A stretch of 53,338 bases of DNA from a virus (taxonomy: Duplodnaviria > Caudoviricetes). The number at the start of each line of letters is the position of its first letter. Position 1 is the first letter of the stretch. Of the stretch, positions 45,670 through 53,338 are shown piece after piece. Made by a program: the position numbers and the translations under genes. The stretch is from positions 1-53,338 of IMG/VR virus record IMGVR_UViG_3300031885_000018. One strand, 5' to 3'. Under the pieces are notes generated by a model. It was given only the letters and a program-made list of their open reading frames with translations. It was not told where the DNA came from and made no database searches.

Positions 45670-47373
45670 CTAAATTTGCCATACCTTTTTCACTATTAAG
45701 CTGTTATCCTTACCCTTTTCACCTCCCACTAACACAATGTTACCACTTACCAACAATCCTTTACATTCTTTCCATGTCTCTGGAAATGCTACTACATTAT
45801 CAAGTGAACCTGTAGTATCCGATATTGTAATAAATGCCATCTTCTGGCCTGGGTCTTTACCGTTCTTTGTCTTAATCTCGTTGATATTTACAATCTGAGC
45901 GGCAATAATAGAGTAACCATTGAAGGTCGCCCCTTCTCTAAACTCCCTACACGTACAGTTGGCGGCACTAGTATCCCTACCGTCTACCTTTGTACAGGTA
46001 AGAGAAATACCAAGTAACGACTGTTCAATACCGGCAATCCAATCTGGCGAATCTGCAAGACTAATGGGTGGGTTTTCCAGTGTTGTTACAATGTCGCCCA
46101 CCAAGGTCAACCTATTCTTGTTAGATATACCCTTTCCTCTGCCCGTGCCTTCTTGAACCATTTGCTTGAGCAGGATAGATAAGCTAGTAGTTTCGGTTAT
46201 GTCGTTGGCAAATGCTACATACATCTTCTTAATGTACTCTGTTTCTTTATCGGTAAGCTTCTTCAAAGCGTTGTAGTTATACAATAGCTCTGTTCTAGTC
46301 TTCCCGGTATAATCAAAACAGCCAGCTTCCACCATCGCTGTTACGACGGGCATTGTCATTTTCGTAGAGCAGAAAAGTAAGAACTCTAACCAAGTCCAGT
46401 CTGTATATGGCTTGCCCAAAAGCGTCTCAACCCCTGGTATCAACTTAAGCAGCTTGTCTATAGCGGCCTCGCCGATACCAAGAATATCGCTGAACCCAGC
46501 ATAGATAACTTTCTCTCTAAGCATAAAGTGCATAGCGGGATTAAGGTTCTCTATCGTGGAAGCAGTAATGATTCTTCTAAAGTCTGGCACGCAGATTACC
46601 ACGTTACAGGTTCTAGCATCGTTTACCAACTCATTAACTTCCGAGCTTTGCTTAGCCTTTTCTTTTGAGTTGTATAGGTAAGATGTGAAGAACGGCCTTT
46701 GGAAGTGGGCCTTACAGTAGGCGGATAAGTATCCGTTAAAAGCATACGAGACGCTATGGCTCTTATTGAAGGAGTATCTTTGAGACTTCTCAATCCAACC
46801 AAATATCTCTTGGGCCTCTTCCTCGGTAACAATACCAAGTTCTTTACTCTTAATAAGGAACATAGTCTTAACCTTAGCCATTTCTTCTGGCTTCTTTTTA
46901 CCAATAGCTTTACGGAGAGTATCGGCTTCCATTAGATTGAAACCAGCAATATCCTTAACTATTTGCATAGCTTGCTCTTGATATACTAACAATCCATACG
47001 TTCCTCTAAGAGCAGGTTCAAGAGACGGATGATAATATTCAACTTGTTCTCTACCATGCTTTCTATCTATGTAGTGTTGTGTAACTGACTTGTTGCCAAT
47101 CATTGACTCCATTGTTCCCGGCCTCATGATTGCCATCAATGCAGAAAGATGTTCAATGTTTTGTGGGGCTAGCTTCTTAGACAACGAGCGACCTAATGGG
47201 CTTTCCAACTGGAACACCCCTTTAGTTCTACCGCTGCTGATATAGTCCCAAGTTTTTTGACAGGTGTGTTCGCTCTCAAGAATAGCCTGAGGGTCAAACG
47301 CAATTCTAGTCATAGTCTCGTTTTCATTCAAAACATCAAACGAGCAACCACACGAATAGTTTAAAGTCTTCAC
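45670..47373 (-). CDS. dnaE: DNA polymerase III alpha, C-terminal subunit (fingers, HhH, OB)
   Basis: TKGVFQLES, RPG, TYGLLVYQEQ, LRKAIGKK, YSFNKSHS, GIG, MAFITISD.TG. Confidence 0.92.
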   Translation of the reverse strand: MKTLNYSCGCSFDVLNENETMTRIAFDPQAILESEHTCQKTWDYISSGRTKGVFQLESPLGRSLSKKLAPQNIEHLSALMAIMRPGTMESMIGNKSVTQHYIDRKHGREQVEYYHPSLEPALRGTYGLLVYQEQAMQIVKDIAGFNLMEADTLRKAIGKKKPEEMAKVKTMFLIKSKELGIVTEEEAQEIFGWIEKSQRYSFNKSHSVSYAFNGYLSAYCKAHFQRPFFTSYLYNSKEKAKQSSEVNELVNDARTCNVVICVPDFRRIITASTIENLNPAMHFMLREKVIYAGFSDILGIGEAAIDKLLKLIPGVETLLGKPYTDWTWLEFLLFCSTKMTMPVVTAMVEAGCFDYTGKTRTELLYNYNALKKLTDKETEYIKKMYVAFANDITETTSLSILLKQMVQEGTGRGKGISNKNRLTLVGDIVTTLENPPISLADSPDWIAGIEQSLLGISLTCTKVDGRDTSAANCTCREFREGATFNGYSIIAAQIVNINEIKTKNGKDPGQKMAFITISDTTGSLDNVVAFPETWKECKGLLVSGNIVLVGGEKGKDNSLIVKKVWQI

Positions 47374-48023
47374 TTTGAGAACGCCCCTTTAAATGTTACC
47401 TTTTCCGCAGTCTTCCTGTGTAGCTTCATGAATCTGATTATCATTTCCGCTGAGTCCTTAACGTCTTGTAGAGCATCGTGGGCGTTGTCTTTCGACATAC
47501 CAAAGAAATCTCTCATGTTGTCCATAGCGTAGCTTGTTATATCAGCGCTATTCTCAAACCACATGAAGAACACATCCAACAAGTCTATCTTATCTCTTGG
47601 AGAAAATAGAGCCTTGCCGTCACCAAACTTTTCGTGATACCTACTTACGATTGGCATATCAAACTTTTCGATGTTACAACCAGCACGAATGGGCGCACTG
47701 TGCATAGTCTGTCTATCTTGCTTTGTGTGATGTACCCTTAGATACTTCAAGAATTCAGGCCATATAACCCTTGGGTCTGGATACTTAGACCACATATCAA
47801 GAACCTGTTCTGGTTCCATCTTAAGTCTTCTTGCGTGCCACTCAAGGGTTGACTGGTTAATCGTAATCGGGTCTGGACGCATGAACAAATTAAGCTCTGA
47901 CCCAGGAATGATTGTTAGGTTTCTTGGGTCAATAGCTATAGCAGCTAGCTGAACCGCACTACACTCTTCTGGATTTACACCAGTGGTTTCAGTATCAAAA
48001 ACAACGATGGTTTTGAAATTCAT
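47370..48023 (-). CDS. dnaQ: DEDDh 3'-5' exonuclease (epsilon-like)
   Basis: FDTETTG, N...FD, AHDALQD. Confidence 0.85.
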   Translation of the reverse strand: MNFKTIVVFDTETTGVNPEECSAVQLAAIAIDPRNLTIIPGSELNLFMRPDPITINQSTLEWHARRLKMEPEQVLDMWSKYPDPRVIWPEFLKYLRVHHTKQDRQTMHSAPIRAGCNIEKFDMPIVSRYHEKFGDGKALFSPRDKIDLLDVFFMWFENSADITSYAMDNMRDFFGMSKDNAHDALQDVKDSAEMIIRFMKLHRKTAEKVTFKGAFSK

Positions 48024-48361
48024 TACCTATTATCTCCACTTCCGGCGAGAACGCCACGGGCCTGTCTGTCTAATAGCTTCTTTACGTTAAGGTCGGCTAT
48101 TTCTTCTAGCGTATAACCTAGCCCCCACGCAAAACGATTAATATACCATAGTACGTCAGATAGCTCTGTCGCTATAGCTTTCTTATCGTCTTCGGTAAAG
48201 ACACCACCCTTGTCTCTAATTACCTTCTTAATCTTTTCAGCTACCTCACCTGTTTCTCCACACAACCCAAGAACTGGATATGTATAGTCATTTTTATTCA
48301 AGTTAATAGATGTACTCAAGGCAACTTTTGTATACTCATCAAACGTCATGGCTTTCTCCAT
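48023..48361 (-). CDS. MazG-like NTP pyrophosphohydrolase
   Basis: LGLCGETGEVAEKIKK...ELSDVLWY...GSGDNR. Confidence 0.88.
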   Translation of the reverse strand: MEKAMTFDEYTKVALSTSINLNKNDYTYPVLGLCGETGEVAEKIKKVIRDKGGVFTEDDKKAIATELSDVLWYINRFAWGLGYTLEEIADLNVKKLLDRQARGVLAGSGDNR

Positions 48362-48789
48362 ATCATTGTATAACCGTCAACACCAGTTTCAAAATAGTCT
48401 TTGTGGACAAACTGTGAAACAAACCCTCTGTTCTTAAGAAACCTTGCGGCCCTTAAGTTACTCTCTGTTATTGTTATTCGTATTTCCCTAGTTGTGTTTA
48501 TCGACACCTTATCTTTGATTTTGTTCAATAGGGCTGTGCCGACACCCTGCTTCCAACAGTCGCCATCTACAGCTAAATGGAGTATGTCAAACACGGGCTC
48601 CAAGAACCTATATATGATAAACCCACGTACAATATCATCATCATTATCTGATGCCGCAACTAAACAAACCGTATTCTGTTGCTTCATGATTTCTCTAAGC
48701 TCTGAGCTTGGGTAATCGTTTACCTCGAAATCAATTCTATGTACAGTATCAAGGTCTGTTCCCTTAATCCATCTTATGTGTGTGTCCAT
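48346..48789 (-). CDS. RimI-like GNAT acetyltransferase
   Basis: ILHLAV....KQGVGTALL, ESN..A..F....GF. Confidence 0.85.
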   Translation of the reverse strand: MDTHIRWIKGTDLDTVHRIDFEVNDYPSSELREIMKQQNTVCLVAASDNDDDIVRGFIIYRFLEPVFDILHLAVDGDCWKQGVGTALLNKIKDKVSINTTREIRITITESNLRAARFLKNRGFVSQFVHKDYFETGVDGYTMIWRKP

Positions 48790-49391
48790 ATGCTCGCCAA
48801 TCTAAAAGCACTGACTGTCTTATTAATGTAATAGGCATTACCCCTAAGTAAAAACGAGGGGTTCCACGCTGGGATTATTTTAGCACGAAGATACGGAACG
48901 TCAAACGCCGTGCCGACAAGTTCATCCATAGGCTTTTTTTTCTTGAAGTTCTCGTTATGACCATCTAGTAAAAGTTGCGTTGGAACCTTACCAAGTGTTA
49001 TTATGGCATTTGGATTAAGCAGTTTCATCTCTTTCCAAAGAAACGGCTTACATATAGCTATCTCTTCTTTTGAGGGTGGCCTATTCTTATAGTTGCCCCT
49101 CGGCTCACCTACCGGGCGACACTTAACAAGATTAGTTAGATAACATCTATTACGAGATAGTAGTTGACCCTCTATTAAAAGCTTGTCGAGCAAATCTCCA
49201 GCACGCCCAACAAATGGCATGTTTTCAATATCCTCGTTCTCTCCTGGGGCCTCCCCTATCATCATTATCTTAGCGTTAATAGGACCGTGTCCTAAAACTA
49301 CGTTGCTGGCACCCATCTGAATCCTTAACCCCTCAAGGCTTTTTAGGATTAGTCTATTGAGCTTTTGAAACTCTTCTGCTTTAGTCGTCAT
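48774..49391 (-). CDS. Uracil-DNA glycosylase family 4-like protein (atypical)
   Basis: IGEAPGENE...PFVGRAG.LL, TN.VKCRP, NRPP, LG; motif B reads WNPS. Confidence 0.85.
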   Translation of the reverse strand: MTTKAEEFQKLNRLILKSLEGLRIQMGASNVVLGHGPINAKIMMIGEAPGENEDIENMPFVGRAGDLLDKLLIEGQLLSRNRCYLTNLVKCRPVGEPRGNYKNRPPSKEEIAICKPFLWKEMKLLNPNAIITLGKVPTQLLLDGHNENFKKKKPMDELVGTAFDVPYLRAKIIPAWNPSFLLRGNAYYINKTVSAFRLASIWTHT

Positions 49392-49570
49392 AGTTTCTCA
49401 ACCTCGTAATCACAGTTAAATAGGGCCGCTATGTTAGTTTCCACTTCTTGATTAGCGTTGGAGTGTGATATGCAACCACAGTTACCAACCCTAACAAGTT
49501 CTGTTACCACCCACGTTACACCAGCATAGATAAATCTATCGCCTATTTCAAGGGTACAAAAACTAATCAT
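49388..49570 (-). CDS. Small hypothetical protein
   Basis: Probable ATG at 49570 overlapping the dnaE-N stop (MISFCTLEIGDRF). Confidence 0.55.
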   Translation of the reverse strand: MISFCTLEIGDRFIYAGVTWVVTELVRVGNCGCISHSNANQEVETNIAALFNCDYEVEKL

Positions 49571-51434
49571 GTATGTCGCCACACTCAAGTATCTGTTGAA
49601 TACCCATGACCTTATCTAACATGTTTAGACCTAGAATATCTAGCTTGATAATACCAAGAGCTTCTAAGTCTGCCATCTCCATACCGGCAATAAGTGACTT
49701 GTCCTTACTCTTACTGTCAAGAACCATCGGGCATATTTCACTCAGAGCAGAAGGGGCTATAACTATACCAGAGGCGTGTTTGCTCTGTGCGGTCTTAGTA
49801 CCTTCTAATCTAATAGCCTGCTCGAATCTCTTTGATAGAGTTCCTTGTAGGTTACCCTTGGAATCTATGTAACACCACTGTTTTAGCTTATCAGCGTTAT
49901 TTTCTAGAGCCCAACGAATGATTGAGGATTCACCTGTCTCCTCTTTCATTTCCTGTAGTTCATCGGCGATTCTAGCTTCATCTGGAATGTGCTGAGTAAT
50001 CTCACCCATTTCTTCAAATGAGATAGAACCGTGGGCACGACATACATCTTTAAATGCACCGCGACCCTTCATCGTTTGAAACGTAGCCATTTGAGAGACT
50101 TTATCGTGACCATACTTTTGACGAATATAGTCGATGATTTGCTCTCTCTTATTAACTGGCAAGTCAACGTCAATATCAGGATACGAAACTCTTTCGGCGG
50201 TATTACGACCGGCGTTGTAGAATCTCTCGAAGATAAGACCATACTTAATAGGGTCGATTGCTGTGATGCTAATCAAATAGGATACTAAGCAACCGGCGGC
50301 ACTACCACGACCTGGGCCAACCATCCAACTGTTGTTCCTAGCAAACTGGATAATATCCTGAATGATTAGGAAGTAGCTAGATAGGTCAGCACCCTGTAGA
50401 ACCCCTAGTTCATACTTAACTCTCTCTGCGTACGTATTATGCTCGTTGCTATCAACCTTACTCTGAATCTTCTTTACCCAACCCTGCCTACATAGATGCC
50501 TCAAATACTCGTCTGGCTTCATGCCGTTCGGGCAATCGAATGGGGGTAGAATGGGTTTTCCAAGCACGTTATACTGTTCGCACATCGCCGAAATAAGCCT
50601 AGTATTAACAAGCTCCTCGGTGGTATGGAACTGTGCCATTTCCTCATGAGAAGGAATATGGAAGTTGTTCGATTTGAAGAAGCAAGATAGGCCAACCTCT
50701 TCATCGTCATCAAAGGACTTCTGAATCTTAGCTAGTGTTGTACGTAGATTAGTACACAACAATACTCTCTGGTCCTCAGCATCCTCTTTACGACAATAGT
50801 GGGAGTCGGCAGTAGCCACAGGTGGTATTCCTGTTCTCTTTGCGACTTCCCTCATTTGGTCGCCCACAATTCTAGCGTCATCATTCAGTAAGGAGTCGAT
50901 AAGCTGCACTTCAATAAAGAAGTTGTCCTTACCGAACAACTCTCTTAGATACTCAGCTTCCTTAACAGCGGCATCTACACCTTCCTTCTGTGCGACGTTT
51001 GATAGTCTAGAACCAAGGTGACCGCTGAATGTTATGATACCATCCGGCTTGTTCTCTTCAAAATACTTGTAGTCAAGACGAGGACGGTAGTACAGCCTGT
51101 CTGGATTGTTACTTTCAGATGTCATCTTAATCAGATTTTTCCAGCCAGCTTTATTCTTGGCTAGAACCACCTGATGGAACAACTTACGATTAGACGCTTC
51201 CTTAACAAACGACGACTGGTTTGATAGATACAGTTCACAGCCCACAATCGGCTTAAGCTTCTTCTTTTCCATCGCCTGGATGTGTTGAACGGAAGAAGTT
51301 ATGTTGCCGTGTTCAGTCAGGGCACAGCCATCTAATTCAAGCTCGGAAATCCTCTCAGCTATCTGCGGACTTTTATTTAGGCCATCGAGCAATGAGTAGT
51401 GCGAATGAACATGAAGGGGAACATACCTATTCAT
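49563..51434 (-). CDS. dnaE: DNA polymerase III alpha, N-terminal subunit (PHP, palm, thumb)
   Basis: LHVHSHYSLLDG, GPGRGSAAG, FERF, PDIDVD, HASG, KLDILGL; start taken at ATG 51434 (ATGA overlap). Confidence 0.93.
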   Translation of the reverse strand: MNRYVPLHVHSHYSLLDGLNKSPQIAERISELELDGCALTEHGNITSSVQHIQAMEKKKLKPIVGCELYLSNQSSFVKEASNRKLFHQVVLAKNKAGWKNLIKMTSESNNPDRLYYRPRLDYKYFEENKPDGIITFSGHLGSRLSNVAQKEGVDAAVKEAEYLRELFGKDNFFIEVQLIDSLLNDDARIVGDQMREVAKRTGIPPVATADSHYCRKEDAEDQRVLLCTNLRTTLAKIQKSFDDDEEVGLSCFFKSNNFHIPSHEEMAQFHTTEELVNTRLISAMCEQYNVLGKPILPPFDCPNGMKPDEYLRHLCRQGWVKKIQSKVDSNEHNTYAERVKYELGVLQGADLSSYFLIIQDIIQFARNNSWMVGPGRGSAAGCLVSYLISITAIDPIKYGLIFERFYNAGRNTAERVSYPDIDVDLPVNKREQIIDYIRQKYGHDKVSQMATFQTMKGRGAFKDVCRAHGSISFEEMGEITQHIPDEARIADELQEMKEETGESSIIRWALENNADKLKQWCYIDSKGNLQGTLSKRFEQAIRLEGTKTAQSKHASGIVIAPSALSEICPMVLDSKSKDKSLIAGMEMADLEALGIIKLDILGLNMLDKVMGIQQILECGDIHD

Positions 51435-51673
51435 ATATCTGATGTCTTTCTCTGTTTTGTCCACGCATGGCTGTTTTGAACAACTAGGTCGCTAGGCATA
51501 ACAACATATGTATCCTCTACAACCCAACCATCTTCCCATTCCTCAAGACAATTCCTGAGTTTTAATACCCTTCCTACAGACGCATACTTCTCTGGTATAA
51601 AGGAAACCTGTTCCTTATACGCTTCGCCTGTAATGGGTTTTCTAAGCCTACATTGAACGTGCTTGTCTTTCAT
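51431..51673 (-). CDS. Hypothetical protein
   Basis: 80 aa, ATGA-coupled at both ends. Confidence 0.6.
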   Translation of the reverse strand: MKDKHVQCRLRKPITGEAYKEQVSFIPEKYASVGRVLKLRNCLEEWEDGWVVEDTYVVMPSDLVVQNSHAWTKQRKTSDI

Positions 51674-52719
51674 TCTACTCCTCCTGGCGCTTTATAATAG
51701 CCAACATCGTGACCTGGAGCAAGGTACTCTTTGGTAGTCTTGTCCATTCCCTTCCTTTGAATCTCGAAACGAATCTGTTCGCACATCGTCATAGGAGCGC
51801 CATATCTGGTAACTTGACCATTACGGAATTCGGTGATAACCTTCTTGTCTGTGCCGTCAAACGTACCCTTGCCAAACGGGCAAAGTTTTGTACACTTCCA
51901 AGACCTATTCAACTGAGGAACCTGAGTCGCCCTAATAATGTCGAACTTCTCCCTAAGCATCTGTTCTGTCTTAGGTAGGTCATCCTTCGTATAGCAAATA
52001 GTGAACGGACCACCATCGGCGATAAAGAAGATAGTAACCATTATCTGGTCAATATCTGGATAGACTTTAGATAGGGCGTAGTGATACATCCTAAGCTGTG
52101 GGTCATCCTGTAGCTTCTCATACGTCTTTTCTTCACCAGTCGCCCAGTTAAGTCTCTTGCCGGTCTTCCAGTCAACAACCTCGTAGACACTATCATCTAC
52201 CTTTGTGATTAAGTCGATTGTACCCTTAATGGCAAGCTGACCATCTAGCTGAGTACCGTCTGGCATTTGATACTCATACTTCGCCCACGGCTCATTAATC
52301 TGAAAGTCGAAGTGAAGTTCTGGAGCTACCACATCCCTCTTTAGAGGGTTAAACATTCCATCGTTAAGTGTGATGGCTGTTTGAACTAGTTCCTGGCATA
52401 TCTTAAGGTCTTTTTCAGACCAGTTATGGTGGTTTACTAGATTGGTATAGTATCCAAAAACTTGCTCTGTAATCGTATCAATCGGTGCCATCTTAGACAA
52501 AGTAACCTTGCCGATGTAGTCATCAACAAATGTTTTCTTCTTGTCTTGCTGTGCCTTCTTGGCAATTGCCAATATTTCAAGCACCTTATGGACTATTGTA
52601 CCTCTATCGGCCTTAAGACCGCTTGGGCCTTTCCATCCTAGATTATACTCCATGTAATATCTCTGCGGACAGTCATCATGGGCATTATAACTAGAACTTC
52701 TGAAGTACGTAATTATCAT
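51670..52719 (-). CDS. Cas4/RecB/AddB-like PD-(D/E)XK exonuclease
   Basis: SSS....CP, GT.VH..LE, KGTIDL...VVDWKTG, QL.MY, C-terminal CTKLC...C; start probably ATG 52719. Confidence 0.88.
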   Translation of the reverse strand: MIITYFRSSSYNAHDDCPQRYYMEYNLGWKGPSGLKADRGTIVHKVLEILAIAKKAQQDKKKTFVDDYIGKVTLSKMAPIDTITEQVFGYYTNLVNHHNWSEKDLKICQELVQTAITLNDGMFNPLKRDVVAPELHFDFQINEPWAKYEYQMPDGTQLDGQLAIKGTIDLITKVDDSVYEVVDWKTGKRLNWATGEEKTYEKLQDDPQLRMYHYALSKVYPDIDQIMVTIFFIADGGPFTICYTKDDLPKTEQMLREKFDIIRATQVPQLNRSWKCTKLCPFGKGTFDGTDKKVITEFRNGQVTRYGAPMTMCEQIRFEIQRKGMDKTTKEYLAPGHDVGYYKAPGGVE

Positions 52720-52723
52720 TCGA

Positions 52724-53338
52724 TTACTCGCTAGGGGTTTCATTTAAGTCCACATCTTCATCTATTGCCCAACCCCACTCTGTGATTACCTTAAGTGTTG
52801 CGGCATTTTGTTCATTAATAGTCATATCTTGATTGTCGATAACAACATCAAACTCACTCCAGTCGAAGTTATCCTTATCTAGAGCTGTCTCGCTATCGTG
52901 CATATCGTTGAACGGATTCCTGGTAAATCTGATTACCTTACCACCAGCATCCTTAACTCCCCTAACCTCATTCGGAAAGCGAACATCTGCAATAATAGCA
53001 AACAAGGAATCTTCTGCGTAAACCTGCCTAATGGTCGAATCTACCCAGACATTCCTATACATCCTACGGAATATTTCGGTGCCCACATACTGCATAACCT
53101 CGCGGGCGGTCATTTGACCTGGGGCGTGATAAACAAATAACCCATCTTTTTCGTAGTATTTGCCTAGTCTACCCTCTAACCTAAACACTTCATTCTTTTC
53201 CTCTGTGTAGCCTTCTACGAGCGACCACGCAAAGTCAATAGGTTTCTTTGTGCAAACCCCAGGCACATCTTCCCATAGTATATTTGTTAGCGAGTTCTTA
53301 TCGTCGTCGCTACCAAAACACTGTTCGTGCGTTAGCCC
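52724..53338 (-). CDS. Deoxynucleoside monophosphate kinase (5' truncated)
   Basis: TAREVMQYVGTEIFR...WV, IIADVRFPNE, GG..IR, H.SE; frame open to the window edge. Confidence 0.85.
   Translation of the reverse strand, partial: GLTHEQCFGSDDDKNSLTNILWEDVPGVCTKKPIDFAWSLVEGYTEEKNEVFRLEGRLGKYYEKDGLFVYHAPGQMTAREVMQYVGTEIFRRMYRNVWVDSTIRQVYAEDSLFAIIADVRFPNEVRGVKDAGGKVIRFTRNPFNDMHDSETALDKDNFDWSEFDVVIDNQDMTINEQNAATLKVITEWGWAIDEDVDLNETPSE

Noticed and set aside
45670-51434. Split intein, intron or pseudogene in dnaE
   Set aside because: No intein terminal motifs, both halves are intact, and the intervening DNA is ordinary coupled genes.
51670-52719. Cas4 as evidence of a CRISPR-Cas system
   Set aside because: No other cas genes or array; solo Cas4/RecB-like nucleases are common in phage replication modules.
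1-53338. Stop-codon reassignment, tRNA genes, integrase, contractile sheath
   Set aside because: Genes are full length in the standard code with all three stops used. The gaps are short and explained by promoters or terminators. No integrase or sheath motifs were seen.

Overview
Gene-dense fragment of a large tailed dsDNA phage using the standard genetic code. No sheath gene is visible, so it is siphovirus-like. The + strand (1-34994) is a morphogenesis arm: portal, prohead protease with a nested scaffold, decoration protein, major capsid protein, two paralogous beta-helix proteins plus a 14-aa-repeat stalk, neck proteins, tail tube, chaperone region, a 1978-aa tape measure, tail-tip proteins, three GT2 glycosyltransferases, a stand-alone PAS protein and a holin-like protein. 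The - strand (34995-53338) is a replication/metabolism arm: dNMP kinase, Cas4/RecB-like nuclease, a DnaE split over two genes without an intein, UDG-like, GNAT, MazG, DnaQ-like exonuclease, SSB, sigma factor, a block of about eight sugar-modifying genes, an endonuclease, a Rad52-like annealase and a Whirly-like protein. The best candidate for a new system is virion glycosylation: a tail-tip protein ending in about 700 aa of mucin-like Thr tracts and Cys-rich modules, followed directly by a GT2-methyltransferase-CxC fusion and two more GT2s, with Ser-Gly enrichment in virion proteins. All calls come from reading motifs by eye; no database searches were run.
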